DNA from: an uncultured Candidatus Bathyarchaeia archaeon | GTDB lineage: Archaea > Thermoproteota > Bathyarchaeia > Bathyarchaeales > Bathyarchaeaceae | Direction: 5' to 3' | NCBI GenBank assembly: GCA_964347855.1 | Contig: CAYGAE010000003.1 | Coordinates: 1 to 39,147, forward strand | Length of the DNA: 39,147 nucleotides | Part shown: positions 15,942 to 25,021 of the stretch, piece after piece | Layout: every line of letters starts with the position of its first letter | How positions within the stretch are numbered: position 1 is the first letter of the stretch | Notes under the pieces: model-generated | What the model was told of the DNA's origin: nothing | Seen by the model: the letters and a program-made list of their open reading frames with translations, nothing else | The model's database searches: none | Made by a program: the position numbers and the translations under genes

Positions 15942-16121
15942 TCAAACGCCATGAGCTCTTTGTCTTCTTAGAGTGTTGTAAGCTATCAGAACCGTCATAA
16001 ATGTTAATGAGAGCAAGATTACTATCAAGTCTCCTGACTGCACTGCCAAGTAGAAGACTATCCCCAGTATCACTATGAGTATTGCTTCAACGGTGCTAAA
16101 CGATCGGAACGGATAACTCAT
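15942..16121 (-). CDS. Hypothetical small membrane protein (59 aa, two hydrophobic helices)
   Basis: Hand translation gives MSYPFRSFSTVEAILIVILGIVFYLAVQSGDLIVILLSLTFMTVLIAYNTLRRQRAHGV*. GGAGTG lies ~9 nt upstream of the ATG. It is below the ORF-track cutoff. Confidence 0.35.
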   Translation of the reverse strand: MSYPFRSFSTVEAILIVILGIVFYLAVQSGDLIVILLSLTFMTVLIAYNTLRRQRAHGV

Positions 16122-16239
16122 GTTTCCATTTCACTCCTACACGATAATAAACAATTTGCTTTTGGCTTGCATATATGTACAAATAACAACTGCGCGCATG
16201 CTCCCCACGAAATTTGGACTAGCGCTTCATTGAATTTTC

Positions 16240-16263
16240 TTTGGGTTTGGGTTTGGGTTTGGG
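16240..16263 (+). repeat. (TTTGGG)4 microsatellite, a canonical G3-N3 x4 G-quadruplex motif
   Basis: tttgggtttgggtttgggtttggg read directly from the sequence, in the non-coding spacer upstream of mvhG. Confidence 0.9.
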
Positions 16264-16454
16264 CTTAAATTTTAAGAGTAGTACTTCTTTGTTCTTAATA
16301 AGAGAAGTGTGCGATGCGCGCGGGTAGTGGCAGAGACTTTTGAAGGTTAGACAAATGTCTCGGAAATCCATTTTTACTAAAAATATGATATTTAATACAA
16401 TATTTTTCGTCACCCTATTTCTCATTCAATTCTCCAGGTTCGGTAAATGGCTAA

Positions 16455-16478
16455 GTTTAAATTTCAGTAGCTATATTC
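16455..16478 (+). promoter_or_regulatory. Candidate TATA/BRE region for the mvhGA-hdrACB operon
   Basis: gtttaaattt (16455-16464) and ctatattc (16471-16478) lie 44-67 nt upstream of ATG 16522. Assigned by sequence pattern only. Confidence 0.3.
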
Positions 16479-16521
16479 TTTTGTTCTTCACTAAGAGATT
16501 GTCGTAAGTTGCGTGAATCAC

Positions 16522-17460
16522 ATGGAAAAACTGAAATTTGCCTTCTATTGGGCCGCCAGCTGCGGAGGTTGCGAAATAGCGGTGCTGGACATAAACGAAA
16601 AAATCCTAGATGTTGTTGCCAAGGCAGACATCCTCTTCTGGCCAGTAGCTATGGACATTAAATACAAAGATGTGGAGGCGTTTCCAGATAAACACATTGA
16701 TGTTTGCTTCTTTAATGGGGCAATTAGAAACGAAGAACAGGAACACGTAGCCAAACTCTTGAGACGAAAGTCTAAAGTTCTCGTGGCTTTCGGCTCCTGC
16801 GCCTGTGACGGATGTGTCGTAGGCCTTGCGAATCTCTGGGACAGAGAAACAGTCTTTGAACGAGCGTACCTTGAAACGCCTTCGACGAAAAACCCTGAAT
16901 CAGTGACACCGAAGACTTCTGTTAGGGTCAAAGAAGGAGAGTTGGAACTACCTGAATTTTACAACACTGTGAAAACCCTAGCCCAGACGGTAGACGTAGA
17001 CTATTTTCTCTCAGGGTGTCCCCCACCGATTCCCAGTATAGTTCAAGCGGTCGGAGCAATTTTCAACAATAAGTTGCCTCCGAAAGGAGCAAGTTTGCTA
17101 CCAACCAAGTCCATTTGCGATGAATGCCCCAGAGAGAAAAAGGACAAACAGCTCTCTGAAATAAGGAGAATCTACGAAATCGACGACGACCTAAAAACAT
17201 GCTTCTGGGACCAAGGGGTCATATGCATGGGTCCAGCTACACGAGCAGGCTGTGGCGCCCAGTGTCCAAACGTAAACATACCTTGCACAGGTTGCGATGG
17301 GCCAGGTCCACGCGTCACAGACCAAGGTGCTGCCGCAATCAGCGCACTTGCATCCATTGCAACTAATCCAGAAGTCATCAATCAGGTTGTGGATCCAGTT
17401 GGAACCTTCTACAAATACTCTCTTGCCAATTCAATTCTCAGGAGGAAGGTGATGAAATGA
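16522..17460 (+). CDS. mvhG: F420-non-reducing (group 3c-like) [NiFe]-hydrogenase small subunit
   Basis: FYWAASCGGCEIAVLD proximal-cluster motif plus further Cys clusters (GSCACDGC; CDECP; CGAQCPNVNIPCTGCDGP). The stop overlaps the mvhA start (ATGA). The ORF track begins at GTG 16513; ATG 16522 is preferred. Confidence 0.9.
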   Translation: MEKLKFAFYWAASCGGCEIAVLDINEKILDVVAKADILFWPVAMDIKYKDVEAFPDKHIDVCFFNGAIRNEEQEHVAKLLRRKSKVLVAFGSCACDGCVVGLANLWDRETVFERAYLETPSTKNPESVTPKTSVRVKEGELELPEFYNTVKTLAQTVDVDYFLSGCPPPIPSIVQAVGAIFNNKLPPKGASLLPTKSICDECPREKKDKQLSEIRRIYEIDDDLKTCFWDQGVICMGPATRAGCGAQCPNVNIPCTGCDGPGPRVTDQGAAAISALASIATNPEVINQVVDPVGTFYKYSLANSILRRKVMK

Positions 17461-18911
17461 AAGAAATAGTCATAGACCCGATCACAAGACTGGAAGGTCA
17501 TGGAAAAATCACCATATTCCTAAACGACCAGGGAAACGTGGAAAACGCCTACTTCCAAGTCCCCGAACTTAGAGGGTTTGAGCGGTTCTGCGAAGGAAGA
17601 AGGGCGGAAGACTTACCCATAATAACGACTAGAATCTGCGGAGTCTGCCCCGTTGCCCACCACATGGCGGGTGCAAAGGCGTTAGACGCGGCATTCAATG
17701 TGGAACCGACAGATCCGGCTAAGAAGTTGAGAGAGCTGGAGTATGTCTGCTACTATATCTACGATCACATATTGAATTTCTACTTTTTGGCTGCTCCAGA
17801 TTTCGTTGTAGGGCCAGACGCTCCACCAGCGAAAAGAAACATTCTTGGAGTGATAGAGAAAGTCGGCTTGGATATTGCCAAAGAAGTAATCAAACACAGG
17901 GCCTATGGACAGAAGATGACCGGCATAATCGGAGGGAGACCAACTCATCCAGTGAGCGCTTTACCAGGCGGCATATCCAAGGCACTGTCTGAGGAGGAAC
18001 GACAAGAAATCGAAAAAATGGTCAGAAGCTGCATCGAATTCGCAAAATTCTCACTGAAAATATTCGACGATGTTGTTCTCAAGAACGTTGACTACGTAAA
18101 CTTGATCAAAAGCGAGCCGTACACTTTAGAGACCTATTACATGGGAACTGTTGACAAAAACAACAAAGTAAACTTCTACGACGGCGATGTCCGAGTAATT
18201 GATCCGAAAGGAAAGGAGTTTGTGAAGTTTGCTCCCGCAGAATATTTGGATGTTATCGAAGAACACGTTGAACCGTGGACCTACGTCAAATTACCCTACC
18301 TCAAAAAGGTTGGATGGAAAGGTCTAGTGGCTGGGCCTGATAGTGGCATCTACAGAGTTGGCACCCTTGGAAGACTGAACGCCGCAGAAGGCATGGCGAC
18401 ACCCATAGCCCAAGAAGAGTACGCGAGGATGTACAAGACTCTGGGCGGCAAACCTGTTCACGCCACCTTGGCATTTCATTGGGCACGGCTGATAGAACTC
18501 ATGTACGCAACCGAACGAGCCTTGGAGTTGGTCACGGACAAGGAAATAACGAGCAAAAATATCAGGAATAAACCTGGAAACCCCGGCGAAGGAGTCGGAA
18601 TAGTCGAGGCTGCTAGGGGCACTCTGATTCACCATTATGTACTCGATGAAAAAGCCTTAGCCAAAAAGGTCAACTTGATAGTGGCCACAGTCAACAATGC
18701 ACCGAGCATTTGCATGTCCGTAAGAAACGCTGCAAAAGGCCTTATACGCAACGGCAAAGTCAGCGATGGACTTTTGAACATGGTGGAGATGGCTTTCAGA
18801 GCCTACGACCCCTGCTTTGCCTGCGCCACCCACTTCGCCATCGGTGAAATGCCGTTAAAAGCGGAGATTTACAACCATAAAAAGAGATTAATAAAGACCA
18901 TAGAAAGGTGA
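17457..18911 (+). CDS. mvhA: F420-non-reducing (group 3c-like) [NiFe]-hydrogenase large subunit
   Basis: RLEGHG, the N-terminal Ni-binding RICGVCPVAHH motif, and the C-terminal DPCFACATH motif. A ~25-aa tail follows, consistent with proteolytic maturation. Confidence 0.92.
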   Translation: MKEIVIDPITRLEGHGKITIFLNDQGNVENAYFQVPELRGFERFCEGRRAEDLPIITTRICGVCPVAHHMAGAKALDAAFNVEPTDPAKKLRELEYVCYYIYDHILNFYFLAAPDFVVGPDAPPAKRNILGVIEKVGLDIAKEVIKHRAYGQKMTGIIGGRPTHPVSALPGGISKALSEEERQEIEKMVRSCIEFAKFSLKIFDDVVLKNVDYVNLIKSEPYTLETYYMGTVDKNNKVNFYDGDVRVIDPKGKEFVKFAPAEYLDVIEEHVEPWTYVKLPYLKKVGWKGLVAGPDSGIYRVGTLGRLNAAEGMATPIAQEEYARMYKTLGGKPVHATLAFHWARLIELMYATERALELVTDKEITSKNIRNKPGNPGEGVGIVEAARGTLIHHYVLDEKALAKKVNLIVATVNNAPSICMSVRNAAKGLIRNGKVSDGLLNMVEMAFRAYDPCFACATHFAIGEMPLKAEIYNHKKRLIKTIER

Positions 18912-18921
18912 GGGATTAGCG

Positions 18922-21345
18922 ATGGAAAAGGCAAAAGTTGGAGTATTCCTGTCTGACTGCGGAGAACAGCTCTCTGAAATCCTGGACTTCAAAGCTCTAA
19001 CTGACTACGTGAAAACCGTTCCAGACGTAGTCCTTGTTGCGAGACGCAGTGAGTTTTGGCGGGGCCAAGGATTACAGGCAATTCTAGATGCTGTTAAAAG
19101 TGGAAAAATTAACAGAGTCGTTGTTGCGGAGAGCCTCCCGAAGCTAAGCGAGGTGAACATCGTTGAAGCCGTTGAAGAGGGAGGTCTTAATCCGTATTTG
19201 GTGGAAGTCATCGACCTGAAAGACCACTGCGCCTGGCCTCATCGGGAGACGCCTAAAGAAGCCACAGAAAAAGCCAAAGCCATGCTTCTAGCCGCCACCG
19301 AACGCGCCAGACTTCTCGAACCGATAGAGAAACTTGAGTTTCCAGCCCTCAAATCTGTCCTGGTCATTGGCGGAGGGATAGCGGGTATGCAGGCGGCTGT
19401 AGATTTGGCGGACTTGGGATTCGCCGTGAACCTGATTGAAAAGGAGCCGTTTCTCGGGGGCTTGGCTGCTCGCGCGGGGCGATTCTTCCCTACGGACGAT
19501 TGTGCCATCTGTATACAGTCTCCGGCTTCTGATGTGAAAACAATTACCCACACCTCAAGGAAGTGTGTGTACCGTTCCGGTTTCAGCGAGATTCCCAACC
19601 TAAACATACTGGCCAACTCAAGAGTCGTGGGTGTTGAAGGGGTTCCTGGAAACTATAAGGTCACAATAGAGAAGAAACCGAGATATGTTGACGAGCTGAA
19701 ATGTGTTGCGTGTGATTTATGCACCACCGTTTGCCCAGTGGAAGTACCTGACGAGTACAATGCGAAGCTGAAAACCCGCAAAGCCATCTACATGAACATT
19801 CCGAACGTTCATCCACCCGTTTACATCATCGACGAAAGCATCTGCAAATTCTACGACTGCGCCAAATGCGTGAATATCTGCCCGACCAAAGCCATAGAAT
19901 TAGATCAGAAAAGCGAGCAAATAACCCTAAACGTAGGCAGCATAATAATTGCCACAGGCTTCCAAGAGTGGGATTCCAGCATCATAAAGGAGTATCACTA
20001 CGATGACTACCAAGACGTGATAACCAACCTTGAACTCGCTAGGATGATCGACGGCTTCGGCCCCACGGGTGGCGTCATTATTAGACCTTCAGACCGCAAA
20101 CCTGCCAAGAAAATCGTCTTCATACAATGTGTGGGTTCAAGGGACAGACGATGGAATCCCTATTGCTCGAGCATCTGCTGCATGATTTCGCTAAAACATG
20201 CCTTATTAACGAAATCAGCCTATCCCGATACAGACATTACAGTATGTTACATTGATATAAGAACCACCGGAAGGCAGCACGAAGACTACTACGAACGAGC
20301 CAGAGAGTTGGGCGTAAAGTTCCTCAAAGGTAGACCAAGCGAAATCACACGGGACCCAGAGACTAATAAACTAATCGTAGACGTTGAAGACGAACTTCTG
20401 AAAAGAATCCTAGAATTAGACGCTGACCTAGTGGTGTTGGCTCCTGCCATGGTACCTTCTGAAGGAACCAAGGAACTTGCTCAGATTGGTTTTGAGCCTC
20501 TGTTGGATGAAGACGGCTTCTTCAAGGAGTACAACGCTAAACTGAGACCAACTGAAACCCGGCTTAGGGGGATATACATTTGCGGAGGAGCAACCTTCCC
20601 CAAGGATGCACCAACAACTTCCCTCCATGCACACTCGGCCGCTGTAAAGGCCGCCAAATTCATGACGACGGGCAAGATAGTCAAGGATCAGAGAACTGCC
20701 GTGATCAACGAAGAATTTTGTGGTGACTGCGAGTTCTGCCCGGTCACGTGTCCGTACGGTGCCATAACCCTGGTGCCAACCACTGAAAAGCACTTTGTGG
20801 CAGAAGTCTCGGATCTCATGTGCGAAGGATGCGGCATTTGTGTGGGTACTTGCCCTCTCAACGCCATCGAGCTCAGGCATTCGAGGCCCACCCAGATGCT
20901 GGCCCAGATGAAGGCACTCATGTCTGTAAATGGAACATCGAAGCCCTTGGTTCTGGCCATCTGTTGTTCAGAATGCGGTCACACCGCCATAGACTCTTCT
21001 GGCATGGCTATGATGCAGTATCCCGCCAACGTCAGAGTCATGAAAGTTCCTTGCACCGGAATTCTGCAAGTTCACCAACTCCTTGAGGCTTTCAAGGCGG
21101 GGGCTCAAGGAGTTATGGTTGTGGGATGCAAAAGCGACGGTTGCCACTACGAGATCGGTAGCCAGAAGGCTGAAAAGAAGGTGGAACTTGCCCGGATACT
21201 GCTGAAGGAATATGGTATAGCGCCAAAGAGGTTGGCGATGTTCAACATGGTTTTCATCGAAGGAGACAAATTTGCCGAGGCTGCACAAGCGATGACTGAG
21301 AGATTGGAAAAGTTGGGTCCACTGCAGTTTGCGGAAGGCCCCTAG
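18922..21345 (+). CDS. hdrA: HdrA-MvhD fusion protein (N-terminal domain depleted of cluster cysteines)
   Basis: 807 aa with the FAD fold (VIGGGIAGMQAAVDLADLG), GRFFPTDDC, inserted ferredoxin (CVACDLCTTVCP, CAKCVNICP), FIQCVGSRD, CSSICC, and C-terminal ferredoxin (CGDCEFCPVTCP, CEGCGICVGTCP). An MvhD domain follows (LAICCSECGH...VMKVPCTGIL...GAQGVMVVGCKSDGCHY). The N-terminus reads VGVFLSDCGEQL instead of VFVCHCGxNI. Confidence 0.9.
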   Translation: MEKAKVGVFLSDCGEQLSEILDFKALTDYVKTVPDVVLVARRSEFWRGQGLQAILDAVKSGKINRVVVAESLPKLSEVNIVEAVEEGGLNPYLVEVIDLKDHCAWPHRETPKEATEKAKAMLLAATERARLLEPIEKLEFPALKSVLVIGGGIAGMQAAVDLADLGFAVNLIEKEPFLGGLAARAGRFFPTDDCAICIQSPASDVKTITHTSRKCVYRSGFSEIPNLNILANSRVVGVEGVPGNYKVTIEKKPRYVDELKCVACDLCTTVCPVEVPDEYNAKLKTRKAIYMNIPNVHPPVYIIDESICKFYDCAKCVNICPTKAIELDQKSEQITLNVGSIIIATGFQEWDSSIIKEYHYDDYQDVITNLELARMIDGFGPTGGVIIRPSDRKPAKKIVFIQCVGSRDRRWNPYCSSICCMISLKHALLTKSAYPDTDITVCYIDIRTTGRQHEDYYERARELGVKFLKGRPSEITRDPETNKLIVDVEDELLKRILELDADLVVLAPAMVPSEGTKELAQIGFEPLLDEDGFFKEYNAKLRPTETRLRGIYICGGATFPKDAPTTSLHAHSAAVKAAKFMTTGKIVKDQRTAVINEEFCGDCEFCPVTCPYGAITLVPTTEKHFVAEVSDLMCEGCGICVGTCPLNAIELRHSRPTQMLAQMKALMSVNGTSKPLVLAICCSECGHTAIDSSGMAMMQYPANVRVMKVPCTGILQVHQLLEAFKAGAQGVMVVGCKSDGCHYEIGSQKAEKKVELARILLKEYGIAPKRLAMFNMVFIEGDKFAEAAQAMTERLEKLGPLQFAEGP

Positions 21346-21364
21346 AGAGGAGCGCGAAATCAGA

Positions 21365-21892
21365 ATGGAGCAGAAGAATGAAGAAAGAGCAAGCAGCGCC
21401 GCATTCTTCCGTGAAATTGTGAAGCGTTTAGGAGTCCGGCGGGCACGTCGCGCACGCACATGCTACCAGTGTGGAACCTGCGCCAGCAGTTGTCCAGTGG
21501 CTAAGATTACCTCACGTTTCAATCCCAGAGAAATCATGCTGCTCTCTCTTCGGGCAGAAAAGGATGAACTGATTTCAGGCGACGCCATATGGCTATGTTG
21601 CTCGTGCTTCAACTGCCAGGAAAGATGCCCGCAAAAGGTCGAAATAGCTGACTGCATCTACGCGCTGAGAAATATAGCTTTCAAGGAGGGTTACATCCCA
21701 AACATTTATTCAGACTTTGCTTCCGCCCTCCTAAATGACGGACGCATAGTCGGGGTTTCCAAATTCGTAGAAAAGAAAAGACCAACCCTCGGTCTACCCC
21801 CTCTACAACCCACGGGCGTGGACGCGCTAAAGAAAATCCTCTCTGCCACTGGATTTCACAAGTTGCAACAGAAGACGGAGGAAGCACAATGA
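21365..21892 (+). CDS. hdrC: Heterodisulfide reductase subunit C
   Basis: CYQCGTCASSCP and CCSCFNCQERCP motifs. ATG 21365 is preceded by GAGAGGAG; the ORF-track TTG 21329 would overlap the hdrA end. Confidence 0.88.
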   Translation: MEQKNEERASSAAFFREIVKRLGVRRARRARTCYQCGTCASSCPVAKITSRFNPREIMLLSLRAEKDELISGDAIWLCCSCFNCQERCPQKVEIADCIYALRNIAFKEGYIPNIYSDFASALLNDGRIVGVSKFVEKKRPTLGLPPLQPTGVDALKKILSATGFHKLQQKTEEAQ

Positions 21893-22764
21893 CAAGATAC
21901 GCTCTATTCCTAGGCTGCACCATCCCAGCTCGTCAACCAAACTACGAGTTATCAGCAAGAAAAGCGCTATCTAAACTTGGAATCGAACTTGTTGATCTAC
22001 CAAACATGACATGCTGTTGCCCTCCACCCATTCAATCAATAGATTTGGAAACCAGCTTAGCAGTAGCTACATACAACATTTGCCTAGCTGAAGAAGCCAA
22101 CCTCGAGATAGTCACGCTATGCAGCGGCTGTTTCGAGTCCCTCGCTATGGCAAACAGCATGCTAAAAGACGACGAACAACTGAAAGCAAAGATCAACAGA
22201 ATCTTGTCCGCAGCGGGAAAAGAATTTGTGGGCAGCAAGGAAGTGAAACACTTCCTTCAAGTTTTGGTGGACGATGTAGGACTAGAACGCCTTAAAGCGA
22301 GCGTCACCAAGCCGCTCAGCAACCTAAAAGTAGCGCCGTTCTATGGTTGCCACGCCCTTAGACCGAGTGAGCTACTGAGACTCGACGATCCAGAGCGTCC
22401 AAACATTCTAGAGAACTTAATTGAAGCTCTAGGTGCATCAACTGTCGAGTATCGGAACAAACTGAAGTGCTGTGGAGGTCTTCTAAGAGGTTACTCTGAC
22501 GATCTTGCCCTTGAACTCGCCAGTGAAAAACTTGCAAACACAACAAAGGCTGGTGCCGACTGCATTGCAACCCTTTGTCCCTTCTGCTTCATTGCCCTGG
22601 ACATGGGACAACTGCAGATAAAACATAAGCTCAACAAAGTCTACGATATGCCGATAATCCACTACTCAGAGCTCTTAAGCCTAGCATTGGGAGTAGATCC
22701 GAAGGAGCTTGCCCTTGAAAGCCATAAGATAAAAGCCGATAAAGTACTCAGCAAGATACTCTAG
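21889..22764 (+). CDS. hdrB: Heterodisulfide reductase subunit B
   Basis: 291 aa with two CCG domains (NMTCCCPPP...LCSGC; KLKCCGGLL...LCPFC). ATGA overlap with hdrC. Colinear with the 3464-4339 paralog. Confidence 0.92.
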   Translation: MTRYALFLGCTIPARQPNYELSARKALSKLGIELVDLPNMTCCCPPPIQSIDLETSLAVATYNICLAEEANLEIVTLCSGCFESLAMANSMLKDDEQLKAKINRILSAAGKEFVGSKEVKHFLQVLVDDVGLERLKASVTKPLSNLKVAPFYGCHALRPSELLRLDDPERPNILENLIEALGASTVEYRNKLKCCGGLLRGYSDDLALELASEKLANTTKAGADCIATLCPFCFIALDMGQLQIKHKLNKVYDMPIIHYSELLSLALGVDPKELALESHKIKADKVLSKIL

Positions 22765-24196
22765 TAACTGAACGCTGCTTATCTTTACTCTTTTTCTTTC
22801 TCATAACATACCTGTGAATACTGCGTGCTGCCTTCTTTCCTGCCCCCATGGCGCTGATGACCGTCGCTGCTCCGCTGACCACATCTCCACCAGCATAGAC
22901 TCCCTTTTTGCTGGTTTTTCCAGTTCCATCATTAACGATTATAGTACCCCATCTGGTGGTCTTTAGTCCCTTGGTAGTTCGTTGGATGATTGGATTTGGA
23001 GTTTGTCCTATGGCTATCACCACGGTGTCCACATCCATGAGGAATTCGGAGCCTTCTATGGGAACTGGTCTTCTTCGCCCTGATTCGTCTGGTTCTCCAA
23101 GCCGCATCTTTATGCATTCCATTCCTTTCACCCAGCCGCGTTCATCGCCTAGAAATCTGACAGGAACGGTGAGAAACCTGAATCTTATTCCCTCCTCCTC
23201 TGCGTTTTCTATTTCTTCCAGTCTAGCAGGCATTTCCTTCCTAGACCTTCGATAAACAATCCATACCTCTGCTCCCAGCCTTAACGAACATCTCGCAGAG
23301 TCCATGGTAACGTTGCCGCCGCCTATCACTGCAACCTTCTTGCCTACTCTAATTGGGGTGTCGTATTCCGGAAACATGTAAGCTTTCATTAGGTTCACTC
23401 GGATCAGGAATTCGTTGGCTGAGTATATTCCACCAAGGTTCTCTCCGGGTATTCGCATGAAGCGGGGAAGCCCTGCCCCGGTACCGACGAAGACGGCGTC
23501 AAACCCGCGATCAATCAACTCATCTATTGTGTATAACCTTCCGATCATGTGGTCAGTTTTGAACTCAACGCCAAGCTTTTTGACGTAATCAACCTCGGCT
23601 TGCACTATTTTTTTGGGTAGCCTAAATTCTGGGATTCCGTACATAAGTACGCCGCCTGGGGCATGAAGCGCTTCGAATATGACAACCTCATGTCCAAGTC
23701 TTGCCAAATCTGCTGCTGCTGTGAGTCCAGCAGGTCCAGATCCCACAACCGCCACTTTTCCGCGCGTGGATGACCTTGATTTGGGCGGAATAGTGACTCC
23801 TCTCTGGAGTTCGTAGTCAGCGACAAACCTCTCTAACCTTCCAATAGCCATGGAGTCTCCCTTCTTGCCAAGTACACAAAACTTTTGACATTGGCTTTCT
23901 TGTGGACAAACTCGGCCACAAATTGATGGTAGGCTATTCTTTTCCTTTACAATTCTGATGGCTTCGCCGAAGTTTTTTTCTCTGATCGCTTTAATAAATG
24001 CGGGTATGTCTACTTCCACGGGGCAGCCTTGTATACACTGGGGTCTAGGACACTGTATGCACCTTTCAGCTTCTGCCACGGCTTGCTCCTCTGAGTAGCC
24101 CAGTGCCACTTCGTTGAAGTTGTGGATGCGTTCTTTTGGGTCTTGTTTGAGCATGGGAACTGTTTCTTTTCTGATTTTGGGTTTGGGCTTGCTCAT
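22748..24196 (-). CDS. nfnB: NfnB/SudA/GltD-family NADPH-dependent FAD/[4Fe-4S] oxidoreductase (large subunit)
   Basis: 482 aa: CIQCPRPQCIQGCPVEVDIPAFIKAIREKNFGEAIRIVKEKNSLPSICGRVCPQESQCQKFC, VAVVGSGPAGLTAAADLARLG, VAVIGGGNVTMDSA, GVYAGGD. The start overlaps the nfnA stop. Confidence 0.85.
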   Translation of the reverse strand: MSKPKPKIRKETVPMLKQDPKERIHNFNEVALGYSEEQAVAEAERCIQCPRPQCIQGCPVEVDIPAFIKAIREKNFGEAIRIVKEKNSLPSICGRVCPQESQCQKFCVLGKKGDSMAIGRLERFVADYELQRGVTIPPKSRSSTRGKVAVVGSGPAGLTAAADLARLGHEVVIFEALHAPGGVLMYGIPEFRLPKKIVQAEVDYVKKLGVEFKTDHMIGRLYTIDELIDRGFDAVFVGTGAGLPRFMRIPGENLGGIYSANEFLIRVNLMKAYMFPEYDTPIRVGKKVAVIGGGNVTMDSARCSLRLGAEVWIVYRRSRKEMPARLEEIENAEEEGIRFRFLTVPVRFLGDERGWVKGMECIKMRLGEPDESGRRRPVPIEGSEFLMDVDTVVIAIGQTPNPIIQRTTKGLKTTRWGTIIVNDGTGKTSKKGVYAGGDVVSGAATVISAMGAGKKAARSIHRYVMRKKKSKDKQRSVTRVSC

Positions 24197-25020
24197 AGGC
24201 TTCTTCCTCCCTTCTCATAAAATACGAATGCAAGCTTCTCTTCAGGAGAATACATTTTCAGCCGAGCCATCAACTCTTCAAAATCAACTTGATGCCCATC
24301 GAAGTCTGGGCCGTCAACGCAAGCGAACATTGTTTTGCCGCCGACGGTTACTCTGCATGCTCCACACATTCCCATCCCATCCACCATTAATGGAATCAGG
24401 GTCACAATTGTGGGTGTGTTGTATGGACGAGTGAGTTCTGAAACTGTTTTCATCATTACTATTGGGCCCATGGCTACTACGCGGTCGATCTTCTCTTCTT
24501 TGAACAGGTTTTCAATGAAGTCTAGTCCCTTGTGACCCTTTGTTCCGTCATCTGTGGCCACATAAAGCTCATCGCATGCCTCTCGCATTTCTTTTTCAAA
24601 AATTAGTTGGCTTTCCGTTCTAGCTCCTAGTACTCCTATGACCCTGTTGCCCACCTCGTGGAAGGCCTTGGCTTGGAAACGTAGAGGAGCCACCATCACT
24701 CCTCCACCAATGCAAAGCACGGTTCCAAACATCTCGATTTCAGCAGGTTTTCCCAGGGGGCCTAACAAGTCTAGGATGTGGTCTCCTTCTTCTAATTTTC
24801 CAAGCTTTTTAGTTGTTTTGCCAACTTCGTGGCAGACCACTGTTATCGTTCCTTTTTCAACGTCTGCATCAGCGGTAGTAAGTGGAATCCTTTCTCCATG
24901 TTCATCTATTCTCAAAATTACGAATTGTCCAGGTTTTGTTTTTGCGGCTACTTCCCTTGCTGAAAACTCGAATAGGTTAATGTGGGGAACCAGTTCCCGT
25001 TTCGTCACGATCCTATACAA
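24193..25020 (-). CDS. nfnA: NfnA/SudB (PyrK-like) FAD/[2Fe-2S] small subunit
   Basis: 275 aa: PGQFVILRIDEHGERIPLT (FAD-binding barrel), LCIGGGVMVAP, and C-terminal MVDGMGMCGACRVTVGGKTMFACVDGPDFDGHQVDF, as in characterised NfnA. It begins 1 nt after the upstream hdrA-mvhD stop. Confidence 0.85.
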   Translation of the reverse strand: MYRIVTKRELVPHINLFEFSAREVAAKTKPGQFVILRIDEHGERIPLTTADADVEKGTITVVCHEVGKTTKKLGKLEEGDHILDLLGPLGKPAEIEMFGTVLCIGGGVMVAPLRFQAKAFHEVGNRVIGVLGARTESQLIFEKEMREACDELYVATDDGTKGHKGLDFIENLFKEEKIDRVVAMGPIVMMKTVSELTRPYNTPTIVTLIPLMVDGMGMCGACRVTVGGKTMFACVDGPDFDGHQVDFEELMARLKMYSPEEKLAFVFYEKGGRSL

Positions 25021-25021
25021 C

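Noticed and set aside
16219-16425. 68-aa minus-strand ORF ending in KPKPKPKPKENSMKR.
   Set aside because: The KP run is simply the translation of the (TTTGGG)4 repeat. The rest is AT-rich low-complexity sequence with no recognisable RBS or domain, so it was treated as non-coding.
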